60,415 bases of DNA, filler included, from Globobulimina sp. (GCA_003354225.1; 15 parts of 15 records of this genome joined end to end with filler, not necessarily neighbours in it), one strand, 5' to 3'; numbered from the whole stretch's first letter, positions 24,936 through 36,326 are shown. The notes: generated by a model not told the origin, from the letters alone. Numbers and translations: made by a program.

Positions 24936-25675
24936 ATGTCAACAAAGAAACGAGGGAATGGAACGAGTTGTCATCATTGCAAAAAAGCAACTCAGCCAAT
25001 GAAAATATTACGATGTGCCAGAGGTGAAATTACAGCTACAAATTCGAAAAAAAGAAAAGTTAATTACAGTCTACATACTTGAATGGGAATCATATTAACA
25101 TATGGAAATAATACTGTATTTAGAGAGCGTGTATGAAGAAATATTGCATTGATTGCATAACTAAATGGTATGCGCCTCGATATATAGATGATAATAAATG
25201 CGGGTCATTCATTTGTCCATCATGTTGTAATGAATGTCGTTGTGCATATTGTCGACGAGAAAGAGTTAAATATTGTGTTACGTTAAAATCAATCAATGAT
25301 GAATTAGATGTTCGCTCTAAACGCATACCAAAATTACAAAATTTGGATAGATTAAACATTGAGGCGCGACAAACTGATGCAATGTTAGAATTATTAGATG
25401 GGAAACACGATATTCATGACATTATACGAACTGGAATGAGCATTGACTTTGCCGATCCCAACGCAAAAATATTATATATTGCGCATTTAATTGAGCAGGC
25501 ACTTAATAATCCACACATATTGAAATTATATGCATTGTCAACAAACAAAAGAGCGATAAACATCAATACTCCAATTACTCAAATTACTCCATCTAGGCCT
25601 AGGCCCACAAACATTGCACAAGTAATACAACCAACGCCGGCTCCGATGTCTTTATTTGCTGGACTTCCTCATTGA
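24936..25675 (+). CDS. zf-4CXXC_R1 (CDCA7-like) zinc-finger protein, 2 exons
   Basis: GTSCHHCKK...C...CMKKYCIDCITKWY...CPSCCNECRCAYCRR; in-frame intron 25059-25123. Confidence 0.8.
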
Positions 25676-25853
25676 TTGATTGATTGATTAAGTAAGTAAC
25701 AGTTTCTCTTGCTTCAACCTACACAGTTTTCAGTCTCATGTTCAAAGAAAACTTTTTGTGCAATAATCAAAAGCCTTTGCGCTTCCTAATTTCTTTTATA
25801 TTATAAAATAATACATACAGTATATCAAAAGAAAGTAATCAATAGAACACAAA

Positions 25854-28159
25854 ATGGCAGATGGTAAATAGTTATTTTTGTATAAATGTTATAGAAACAA
25901 CATCTATATTTATCCTTACACACAATACACATAATGCAGAAAAAACAGAAGAGAATGATGATGACGATAATTTACTTAAATTACAAAAACTAGCCATAGA
26001 GACGCAACCACCACCATCAATGTTCAATAATGCATCAAATAACTTCCCCTCACCCGCACCATTAAGAAACGAGAAACCATCCACCCGGCGAGGCTTTGGT
26101 CATTTGCTTCAAAAATCTAATCAATGGCAATCTGCAAAAGATTTAGACTTAGGCTATTTATCCGGTGGCATTACAGGCCTATCAAATATTGGCTCACCGC
26201 TGGCACATAGACCTGTACATGTTTCCAGTGATAAGTACTCCAATTGGAATAATTTTGCGACTCCCTCCATTTTGCGCAAGATAAGCGTTAAAACCGCGCA
26301 ACGAAACAAGAAAGGCGTACAAATACAGCCGCAAGGCCCAGATACAAACCTAGTGATCGGATTGCTTGGTATTAACTATGATTCACAGTTTGGTTTTGAT
26401 GAAGAAGAGGAAGATATAAAAAAAGCAAATTTTCAATTTGCTGTTAGTGTATTGACCATTAATGATTTTGAGAAAGTATTAATTGAACCACCACCAATTG
26501 TGCACATATCCACGCATGGCATGCATCAATACACCACGATGGATAAACAAAATGAGTTTCAAGTCAGTTTAGAAGACCGGCAAACTTTGCGCTATTTAAT
26601 AGATGACGAGCCAATGTTTAGTGCTTATTATGCCACCATAGCCTTGTTATTTGAAATGGAAATCAATCATTTTGTACAATATGGATTTGATAGGCTTTCC
26701 CGCAAACATTCATTGAAAACATGGGTATGGAAAGACGAAAAGAAATATGCCCTGTTATGTAATGGTAAGATATATGCAATGTTAGTGACCATATTAGATA
26801 GATTTGGGTGTTTTTATCGGGAGAATCGACAGAGAGGATATGTGGAAATATTTTGGGGCAACTATCAGTACAAAGAGAATGAATTAGATTTTGTGAGTGC
26901 ACCGCATGCACCAATGGACTCCTACCAATTATGTACATTATTAAAACATGACGATACGGTGCAGGAGATACTAAAAGACATAAATAAGGATTATAATAAA
27001 TCACTACGTCAAAATATTAAAATTGCCAAAGCTTTGAGGAAATATCAGAAGTTCTCATGGGAGATATTATCTATATTATTACAACGGATATTGGCGGATA
27101 ATTTTGCAGAACCCGATGATTCTGATGACACACAATGGAGTACACCGCCAGTTGTGAATGCAAATGAGGATAAAAAAGAAGATATAGAGCTATCTGGCGG
27201 TTTTGTGGAGGTTGATGATGGTATGGATGGGTTGGATGACGATGAACTGGCTGCCTTTGGTTTTGGTGGTGATGATGATATAGCTGTGATGAGTGATATT
27301 GATGACGATGAATGGGCTGCCTTTGGTTTTGGTGGTGGTGACGATGTTAATGACAGTTCGGAGGAGAAAAAAACAGATGACGATGATGAATGGGACCGAG
27401 CGTCCTTTCATTCGGATGAAGATTCACGTACAACACAGATAAAATTTGGACGTTCTCAGGAACTAACTCGCGAATTGAAGATTATCCCTATAAGTATTAA
27501 ACGGACGGAATTAAAAAACGATCCGATTGAAATGCAACAATTGATTCAAAAAGTGACGCATTTTAAAAATAAGGTTGTGCGTTTATTAAAGAAAACGCCC
27601 GATATTCTGTTTTATTTGGATGTAGCGTCTCGAGCGTCGTCCAATATTCATATTATAAAATTTGCCAATCCCTACGCATTGGCCTTGGCCAAACAGAAAA
27701 TTGATAAAATTAAAGTTAACAGCAAATATAACCATGACTATGATATACAATTTCGCAGTGTATCCAAAGCTGATGATTCGACTAAAAAACAGGTTGGATT
27801 TATCAAAAAAGGACAAGAGAAACGATATTCGATTGATGTCCGAAATAAGACGGATCCCATTTCATTAATGCTCAAAAAACATTTAAAATCAAAGAAACAA
27901 TGCAATATAAAATTATTAATTTTAAATGGTTGTCATAGTTTTATTTTAGGCAAAATATTTAGTGAATATGTGGAAAATGTGATATGTATCCATCCGTTTG
28001 TTAAAATATGGGATACCACGGCCACTACATTTACGCGACATTTTTATCAATCCTTACGGGAATATACCAATAAACGCACACATTTTTCGCATTCTGTCTT
28101 GAAAGCCTACAATGCGGCAAAAAGCAATGTAGAGCTGCTGGCAAAACAGATCCAACAAT
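25854..28159 (+). CDS. CHAT (caspase-clan CD) domain protein with a large internal insertion, 3'-partial
   Basis: PPIVHISTHG ending at 26520, LLILNGCHS with Cys at 27931, then VICI...IWDTTATTFTRHFYQSL...SVLKAYNAAK. Probable ATG at 25854 with a short first intron. Confidence 0.72.
27235..27346 (+). repeat. Duplicated acidic motif DDDE(L/W)AAFGFGG
   Basis: Two copies of GATGACGATGAA-nnn-GCTGCCTTTGGTTTTGGTGGT, 66 nt apart. Confidence 0.85.
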
Positions 28160-28259
28160 NNNNNNNNNNNNNNNNNNNNNNNNNNNNNNNNNNNNNNNNN
28201 NNNTTAATTAATTAANNNNNNNNNNNNNNNNNNNNNNNNNNNNNNNNNNNNNNNNNNNN

Positions 28260-28749
28260 AGAAGCAGTAGCAGATATTGCCATGGAAATTCAACAAGTGG
28301 CAGAAGTAGCTTCTGAACTTGCAAGTGAAATTGCAGAGGGAGTTCCAGCAGAAGAATCTTCACCATTAGAGGAATCAAGAGGAGAAGAAGAAAGTAATGG
28401 TCCTATTCAATTAGAAACTGCACAAGATGGAGAGGATGATGATGAGAAAGAAAAACTCAAAGAACAAGTAGCAAATTTAACTAATGATCTTAATGGAATT
28501 AAGAGAGAAGCAAAACTAGAAAAACTAGCAACAAAATATGCTTCACTTTTCCATAAAAGCCAAAGAGAAGCAAAGATGAATGAAATTCTAACTGCCAAGG
28601 ATGATATGCCAGTAATTGAGGCAAGAGTCCAAACAGCAAGTGAAATCATGCAAAGTAAAACAATGGTAAAAGTTGCCTCATTAGGTGATGGAATTTTTGA
28701 TTTAGATACAGCAGATGGAGGCGAGATTGATATCTCGAGTAAATTATAA
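28260..28749 (+). CDS. Putative capsid scaffold / prohead protease C-terminus, 5'-partial
   Basis: Acidic and coiled-coil protein just upstream of the decoration and capsid genes; positional inference. Confidence 0.6.
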
Positions 28750-28751
28750 TC

Positions 28752-29309
28752 ATGTCTACACAATTTAGTACTGGTCCAACCAGAAATGTACAGCCAGGAG
28801 ATACTCCTGATCTAAACGATGGCCTGTTATCCAGAGGGATAGCAGCAGTGAATCTAGCCAGAGGTCAGGCTTGTTTCATAAAGGCAGGAGTTGTTACTGT
28901 CGCAGCAGTAGCTGATGCACTAGCAGGATATACTGCATTTGTGCCAGTACAATCAAGAGATAACTCTGGTGGTTCAGCAGGAGATTTAGAAGCAAATGGT
29001 GTTGAAGCACCACAAAGAGTCGCATTAGCAGTTGAAGATGCAAGTGCAACATTAAACCCAGGAGATTATGTTAAAATTTCAGGAACATCAGGTGAAGTCG
29101 AATTATGGACTCCAGTAACTGATGATCAAAGAGCAAAGTATGCACGTTATCTTGGTAAGGAAGCTGCATTACTTGACAGAAATGCAAGTACACCATTTGA
29201 TGAAACTTTGACACCAGGTATTGTACCTGATCAAACATTGGCACCAGTAACAGGTGCAAACGTTGGATGGTTCCAACTAATTGAATCCCAAGGAGGATTA
29301 GAGGTTTAG
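28752..29309 (+). CDS. Putative head decoration/cement protein
   Basis: Gly/Ala/Val-rich with AAVNLARGQAC...LNPGDYVKI beta-tulip-like pattern; lies directly before the capsid gene. Confidence 0.65.
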   Translation: MSTQFSTGPTRNVQPGDTPDLNDGLLSRGIAAVNLARGQACFIKAGVVTVAAVADALAGYTAFVPVQSRDNSGGSAGDLEANGVEAPQRVALAVEDASATLNPGDYVKISGTSGEVELWTPVTDDQRAKYARYLGKEAALLDRNASTPFDETLTPGIVPDQTLAPVTGANVGWFQLIESQGGLEV

Positions 29310-29310
29310 A

Positions 29311-30492
29311 ATGACTTCCGTAATCGAATCAACACACAAACGAAATTCAACAGAACAAATTTGGTTGAATCCAGTAGATAATCAAGTCTACTCAACTGTG
29401 TTCCAACCAGAACATGGTTTCACAAATGAAGTTGGTGCATACAAAATCTATGACCCAGCAATTGCCTCTCATAACAGAGATGTTATTGAGAAAGCAAGCA
29501 TGGATGGTTCACTAAACCAAAACTTAGTTGATGGCCTATCCAGTCCTTATCACGATCCACAACTCAGAGAAGCTTCAATGCAATTTGATAGTCTATTGAA
29601 AAACAACAGAGTAAAAGAGGCAGCTATGCTATCCACAGAGAATCGTGCAGTAGATGTTGTTAAAATCTTTGAAAGACTTTATGGATTGAAAGATAGGAAC
29701 TATGCAGGAGTTGAGTTATTCGAAAGAGTACCAACAGAAGAACTTGTCCTTAACTTCGATAAAGTTAGAAAACAAAATGGTATGGAAGAAATACCAGAGA
29801 ACACTCTACCTCGTAACAAAGAGATAGAATATGAAAGAGTCACATTAAACACCAAAAAGTATGGTTTGATGGCCAGAGTAACTGATGAGGCAATTAGACG
29901 TAATGTACACAATCCTTTCCAGGATAGTATCACTACTGCTTCTACCAAAGTTATGCAAAGAAAGGCATTTGATGTAATCATTGAGGCCTTGGCAAATATC
30001 ACTACAGTTACTGCATTAGGTGACTGGGAGGCATTTGTCGCTGGTACTGATAGATCCTTAGTTGATCCAACCAAAGATATCATGCGTGTAATTAACTCTA
30101 CAATCGAGGGAACTAACATTGGTGGTAAATTCAACACTATGGGAGTTAATGCTATCACTGGCAAAATCTATGATAACAACTCATTCTTGAGAGGACTCAT
30201 TGAGCCAACACCATCATTTGAGCCAGCACCTGGAACAAAACCTGCACGAGGTCTTCCAGGAGTTACACAAGTAATGGATCAATTCATCCCACAAGGTGTC
30301 GCAATCCTTACTGATAATGGCGTTGAATCATGTGGAATCATGTTAGAGGGACCAACCAGAGTCGCAACAAAGACTGATGAGTTGACAGGTACTCAAACAT
30401 ATGTCACAATGTCACACCACTTGGCCAGAGTGATTAATCCAGACACTGGAAGAATCATTGATGGAGTTCAAGTACCAATCCCACCAGCTTAG
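29311..30492 (+). CDS. Major capsid protein, HK97 fold
   Basis: 393 aa; EEIPENTLP...EYERVTLNTKKYGLMARVTDEAIR followed by a long spine helix; GLPGV...DQFIPQGVAIL; about 105-aa N-terminal extension. Confidence 0.88.
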   Translation: MTSVIESTHKRNSTEQIWLNPVDNQVYSTVFQPEHGFTNEVGAYKIYDPAIASHNRDVIEKASMDGSLNQNLVDGLSSPYHDPQLREASMQFDSLLKNNRVKEAAMLSTENRAVDVVKIFERLYGLKDRNYAGVELFERVPTEELVLNFDKVRKQNGMEEIPENTLPRNKEIEYERVTLNTKKYGLMARVTDEAIRRNVHNPFQDSITTASTKVMQRKAFDVIIEALANITTVTALGDWEAFVAGTDRSLVDPTKDIMRVINSTIEGTNIGGKFNTMGVNAITGKIYDNNSFLRGLIEPTPSFEPAPGTKPARGLPGVTQVMDQFIPQGVAILTDNGVESCGIMLEGPTRVATKTDELTGTQTYVTMSHHLARVINPDTGRIIDGVQVPIPPA

Positions 30493-30539
30493 AGAAACTT
30501 CTCTAATCTTTAACTTCTTTCTCATTTGAGAAAAAAGTT
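30489..30539 (+). terminator. Two adjacent hairpins and a pyrimidine tract after the capsid stop
   Basis: TTAGAGAA-ac-TTCTCTAA (30489-30506) and AACTTcTTTCTCA-tt-TGAGAAAaAAGTT (30512-30539). Confidence 0.5.
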
Positions 30540-30567
30540 CATTTAATTTTCTCAACTATGTATAATC

Positions 30568-30575
30568 TTTATTAA
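30568..30575 (+). promoter_or_regulatory. Archaeal-type TATA box candidate for a leaderless transcript
   Basis: TTTATTAA ends 23 nt before ATG 30599, and no Shine-Dalgarno precedes that ATG. The AT-rich context weakens this. Confidence 0.35.
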
Positions 30576-30598
30576 GATATTTTCAAATCTTATTAATT

Positions 30599-31183
30599 AT
30601 GTCACTATCAATACCACAAACTTTCATAACAGATCTAGACAAGTTCACATGGGGAAAACAATGGAGAGCAAAGAGAATCATCAAAGAAAAAAGAACTGAT
30701 GGTGAATACTACTTTGCAAATATTGTACGTTATTATGGTGAAACAGAAAATACGCATGACTATGATATCGCAGAAACATATGCTGAAACAGCATGGCTAG
30801 GTAGAATAGAGAAATTTGTTGGCAAGAGAACATTTGATATGGATCATGATTCTCCTACTGCTGGAAAAAGAATCTATAGTCAAGCAATAACTGAAACAGT
30901 TACAGAAGTTGATCTCAAAGGAAAACCTGTTGAAAGAGAAGTCCTTGTCAAAGGTAAAGTGATTTACGAATATACAATTCCAGTAAATCCAGAGAATACA
31001 AAGAAGATGCAAACCCTAATGGGTGCAATTGCACTTAACCAGGAAACACAATTATTATTTGTGTATGGAGCTCAACCACCTCACGTAGTTGAACCTGAAA
31101 CATTCTTTGGAACTACTGTTAGTGAATACTTGCAATCTGTTTCTGAATTAAACATCAAGAAAAAGAAAGACGACAAAAAATAG
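30599..31183 (+). CDS. Viral hypothetical protein
   Basis: 194-aa ORF inside the virion module; no family recognised. Confidence 0.75.
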   Translation: MSLSIPQTFITDLDKFTWGKQWRAKRIIKEKRTDGEYYFANIVRYYGETENTHDYDIAETYAETAWLGRIEKFVGKRTFDMDHDSPTAGKRIYSQAITETVTEVDLKGKPVEREVLVKGKVIYEYTIPVNPENTKKMQTLMGAIALNQETQLLFVYGAQPPHVVEPETFFGTTVSEYLQSVSELNIKKKKDDKK

Positions 31184-31185
31184 AA

Positions 31186-31341
31186 ATGGTAAAAAAATTT
31201 AGAAAAGAACCATATTCTTTTTCATTTTCTCCTGAATTTATTAAAACGCTAAAGTATTACAAGAATACTCATCCAGACGAGAAACTATCTCAAATGGTTG
31301 AGGAATACTTATCTGGAATTATACCAAAGATGAGTGGTTAA
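31186..31341 (+). CDS. Small ribbon-helix-helix DNA-binding protein, 51 aa (not in the ORF track)
   Basis: MVKKFRKEPYSFSFSPEFIKTLKYYKNTHPDEKLSQMVEEYLSGIIPKMSG: alternating beta strand, helix, then LSQMVEEYL helix. Fills the gap between flanking ORFs almost exactly. Confidence 0.7.
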   Translation: MVKKFRKEPYSFSFSPEFIKTLKYYKNTHPDEKLSQMVEEYLSGIIPKMSG

Positions 31342-31342
31342 C

Positions 31343-32122
31343 ATGGCCACTTTAACTGCTGCACAAATCAAAACTATTCTTGAAACTGCTGTTTATCCTG
31401 CAAATGAGGGTATTGAGATTAATGCAGCATTAATGCAGAATGAAGAAAGAAGAAAATATCCATCTATTGACGTTCAAAACGTTACAGGCGAGGAAACACT
31501 AAAGGGATTTCCTAGTAAGACCACTTCACAAACTTTTCTTATTCATCTTTGGTATAGGTATCGTTCCTTTGGTGAACAGCACGAACCTGACATTAAGGTA
31601 TTAGAGGACATTATTTTTGATACAATAGACCAGAACGCAAATTTTTCTGAGGATATTAAAATTACAATTTCACAAAGCTGGGATAGAAAATCTGAAACTT
31701 TCCCAGTTCATAGATCCCACAGTATTCTAACAGTTACGGCAGATGAGTTATCATCAACTGATGGAGGAGGTATTCCAGGTGATCAGATTGACATTACTTT
31801 TCCTGCACCATCAGATACTTTCAAAGTCATTAATCTAACAGCAGATGATAGGAATTTACAAAAGGATCTTGACAAGATAGATGATGGAGAAGAAATTTAC
31901 ACTAAAATCCATTTTACAGGACTAGTAGTAGTTGAGGTTCAAATGTCAGTTGTAGATGAGGCAAATATTGATACTGTAATTAGTGCTGGAAAAGATGTTA
32001 GTATTACATTAACTAAAGGTGGAGTTCCTATTGTATTGACTGCAAATATGACATCAAGAGTTTCTTCTGCAACAAGAGAATCTGTACAAACTACATTGAT
32101 CACCATGGATATTAAACCATAA
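31343..32122 (+). CDS. Putative tail terminator-like domain fused to a tail tube-like domain
   Basis: N-half YPSIDV...FLIHLWY...IKVLEDIIFDTI resembles tail-completion proteins. C-half is beta-rich and ends ANMTSRVSSATRESVQTTLITMDI like tube proteins. ATG at 31343. Confidence 0.5.
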   Translation: MATLTAAQIKTILETAVYPANEGIEINAALMQNEERRKYPSIDVQNVTGEETLKGFPSKTTSQTFLIHLWYRYRSFGEQHEPDIKVLEDIIFDTIDQNANFSEDIKITISQSWDRKSETFPVHRSHSILTVTADELSSTDGGGIPGDQIDITFPAPSDTFKVINLTADDRNLQKDLDKIDDGEEIYTKIHFTGLVVVEVQMSVVDEANIDTVISAGKDVSITLTKGGVPIVLTANMTSRVSSATRESVQTTLITMDIKP

Positions 32123-32293
32123 AAAAATTAATAAGAAAATCACTAATTTCATTAACTAATATTTTATTGTAATAGTATGTCTTCAATTAATCANNNNNNN
32201 NNNNNNNNNNNNNNNNNNNNNNNNNNNNNNNNNNNNNTTAATTAATTAANNNNNNNNNNNNNNNNNNNNNNNNNNNNNNNNNNNNNNNNNNNN

Positions 32294-33028
<735 letters not shown>

Positions 33029-33348
33029 GAAAAGACAAACCGTATACTTATTGCGCATGCTTGTTTTATCTTTTCCTTCAATTTTAATTAACTAATTCTA
33101 TTTTTTTACTACTAATTTCTAACGGTCGACAGCTCAGACCCGCAAACAACACAACAAAACTATCCTTACGGCATATTGGCATATTGACATATGTAAATCC
33201 GAATATCATTACAATTCAAAAACCTTTTAAAGTGACTAAATTAAAAATCTTTACCTCCAAAACACTGTTCTAATCTCCGATAGGTACAATTCACATCTGA
33301 TAAATAACATATTATAAAATTACAATATTAACCACGTCTACGTGCGCA

Positions 33349-34857
33349 ATGAGTTTTGATTTACAACGACAACAACAAGCTCAATACAACAGCATGATGA
33401 TATACCGTATGACTCACGGCCATCATGCCACAGTAAAACTAAATGACGACAACAATGATAGTATGGATAACACCGCTAGTTATAACACAACAACCTACAA
33501 ATACATGACAACCAAACTCATCGGATCAGGCACATTCGGTGAGATTTGGAGCGTCATCGAGAAATACGATGTGAACAACTGTCCCAAACAGAGACTATAC
33601 GCAATAAAAATGATTAAGAATCGGAAAAAAAAATATGAGCAGGTATTTGTGAATGAAGGTAAACGAGTCATGCATTTAAATAATATCTCCACTTCAGAAG
33701 TTGGAAAGTATTTTATCATTAAATGCAAACAATTATTATATTGTACCAGTAATAATAATCCAATTTTAAACTTATTTAATGAATCACCGTTAATGGGCCC
33801 TTGTATTGTGATGGAATTATGTGGCTATTCATTACTGCAATACATGAAATTTCACGAAGCGATCAATTCCCAAATATCGCTAGCGACAATTCGTCACATT
33901 TCGACACAATTACTTTTTGCAATGTCCTTTCTTCACGGGATTGGTGGCTGTATACATTCAGATTTGAAACCGGAAAACATCGTAATTAAATATACGGATT
34001 GCTACAAAAATGGAGAAACAAATCACAAGATCTTATCAAAAACGCCAAACATCAAAATCATAGACTTTGGCAATGCAATCGATATAAACCGGCATAAGAA
34101 ATTAAAATCATTCAACCTCCAATCACTATGGTATCGATCACCCGAAGTTTTGCTTGGAAATCACGAGGAAATCTCCCCTTTGATTGACATTTGGAGCATT
34201 GGCTGCATTTTATTCGAATTGGCCTCTTTGCATTTACCCGTCAAACAGGTGAAAAGAGTGCGGTTATTTACGAGCGAAAAACTGAGCCCTGCTCATGTTG
34301 TTTATAAAATAAGTGCGAAAGTATCTGCTTTTCCGCCGTATGTATACAATCCACACAAATCCTTCCATTATGTTGATTACGTTCATTCTGTGCATTCTCC
34401 CTCTCGCCGAGCGCAGAGTAGCGGCAGCAATGGATTCGAATCATCATATCTTAAGTCTAAAAATGAAAGAAAGCTGCGGTTACTGAAAAATTTACAATTT
34501 AATGGGTTTGCGCGTAATAATATTAATAATAATAAAATTCCGAAACAGGAAGAATTCATGTTTTTGGTTGATTTATTATCATGTTTATTAGATTTGAATC
34601 CGTTAACGAGATACACGTCGGAAGACGCAATAAGACACAAGTTCACGGTCTACAACTACACCAATGTGTGCATGCAAGACAAAGTGCACCCGATCATCAA
34701 GTCTTGCTCCGATACTCTGAGGCAAAGCAAAACCAACCTGCAGATCAGCAAATACCTCAAGTATCTCCATTGCAAAGTGTCTGTAGCTAGCAAGTCGAGG
34801 TCGAGTGAGGCAAAGTCCCTGTCCTTTCCGCTCACCGTTGCAAAACAACATTTATAA
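33349..34857 (+). CDS. CMGC-group (DYRK-like) protein kinase
   Basis: IGSGTFG, YAIK, HSDLKPEN, IIDFG, LQSLWYRSPEV, DIWSIGCI. Confidence 0.88.
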   Translation: MSFDLQRQQQAQYNSMMIYRMTHGHHATVKLNDDNNDSMDNTASYNTTTYKYMTTKLIGSGTFGEIWSVIEKYDVNNCPKQRLYAIKMIKNRKKKYEQVFVNEGKRVMHLNNISTSEVGKYFIIKCKQLLYCTSNNNPILNLFNESPLMGPCIVMELCGYSLLQYMKFHEAINSQISLATIRHISTQLLFAMSFLHGIGGCIHSDLKPENIVIKYTDCYKNGETNHKILSKTPNIKIIDFGNAIDINRHKKLKSFNLQSLWYRSPEVLLGNHEEISPLIDIWSIGCILFELASLHLPVKQVKRVRLFTSEKLSPAHVVYKISAKVSAFPPYVYNPHKSFHYVDYVHSVHSPSRRAQSSGSNGFESSYLKSKNERKLRLLKNLQFNGFARNNINNNKIPKQEEFMFLVDLLSCLLDLNPLTRYTSEDAIRHKFTVYNYTNVCMQDKVHPIIKSCSDTLRQSKTNLQISKYLKYLHCKVSVASKSRSSEAKSLSFPLTVAKQHL

Positions 34858-35373
34858 GTGCTAGTCTTGTGATATATATATAATATAATAATGTTATAAT
34901 TATAATTATAATTACATTGTCCAACCAAACCCAACCATCAATACAAGCATTAACACACAAAGATCTATTAGATATTTTAAACAACAACAATAACTACATA
35001 CAATTTGCTAGGACAGCTGTCAGGATTTGCTAATATTAAATTTAATATCATACACCGCCAACGATATCGATACTGATTGCTTTGTGTTTATAAAATTGTC
35101 TGTTATATGATTTAAGCGGTATTTATCAGATTATGGTATTTTAATTTATCAGATTATAGTATGGTGAATGTAATCCGTCTGAGTCTGAATTTTGCATTGT
35201 CAGATAAGATAAAGATAGAGATAGCAGTTGGGTATTGTTATTTGCATTGGTTTTATTTAATAAATGTACATTTGTGTGGTTGTTATTTGTTGTTGTCAGT
35301 GTCAGTGTTGTTGGGATTGTATTGTATTTAAATTTGACCGTTGTTTTAATACGTACGGGGCATAGCTGTCCTA

Positions 35374-35444
35374 TCCGCTATCTCCAGTATACGTATACAA
35401 TTAACTTCTGACGTATACGTACCGTGGTTTGCAAATTTGTATAC
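35374..35444 (+). repeat. Dispersed GTATAC-rich repeat, copy 1
   Basis: TCCGCTATCTCCAGTATAC (35374-35392) is the exact reverse complement of 47853-47871; collinear blocks AATTAA, TCTGA and AATTTGTATAC follow. Confidence 0.8.
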
Positions 35445-36326
35445 CTTAATAGATGAAAACCAGCTTAAATAAATCTTTCCTTCCTTCCGACAGAGGATTA
35501 AAGACTCCGAGCAACCAATCATACACAAACAACAAATTCGAACAACTTTCATGGGATAACACTGCATACTGCAGTTATTTTTATACCCTTTATATTATTG
35601 ACACCCTCTATTTACATTTCTTGTCAATCGATAACAATTTGCAATTAATTATAAATGATTTATTTATTTTCGCTCTATTCACAAGGCGTTTTCACAGTTC
35701 CTATATTCGATGACTACCGCTGCTTTTTGCTTTAAGGAACCATCAGAACGATAATTCTTCGACATTTTTTGCGGTTTTTTTTTAACAGAAATATTTTCCA
35801 AATACTAACAAAGATTGAAAGCCATGCATTTAAAAGTTTCATCAATTTAAAAGTTTTATGAAGCCATCTCAGCGGAAATAAAATGTTTTTTTACTCGAGT
35901 CAGATGAACATTAACGTGTTCCATACGAGTTTTTGCTTTTAGTTGATTCAATGAATGAACATTTAAATTTTCTATTTCCACTAACATTTGACTGCTTCAC
36001 TCTGTAAGTAACTATATCGTAACTTTCAATAAAAATATTAAATTAAATTATGCGTATAACTATAACGGGTGTATACAATTGCGTAACACAAAAAGTTTGA
36101 TGAAACTGGATGGCACAAACAAAAACATAATAAAATATAAAAACAATGTATTAATTATTAACAATGTGCGATGTGGCACCTTTTATTATATACGTTATGA
36201 TGTTATATAAGCTTTTATAAAACATCNNNNNNNNNNNNNNNNNNNNNNNNNNNNNNNNNNNNNNNNNNNNTTAATTAATTAANNNNNNNNNNNNNNNNNN
36301 NNNNNNNNNNNNNNNNNNNNNNNNNN

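Larger units (their letters stand above)
28260..32193 (+). mobile_element. Head-tail (Caudoviricetes) virus/provirus fragment, morphogenesis module, possibly archaeal
   Basis: Intronless co-oriented ORFs, most separated by 1-2 nt; HK97-type capsid gene; A-ending codon bias (AGA/GCA/CCA/ACA) unlike the neighbouring contigs. Confidence 0.88.

Noticed and set aside
36057-36068. TAACTATAACGG resembling the I-CeuI site of LSU rRNA
   Set aside because: Only 12 nt match and there is no rRNA context.
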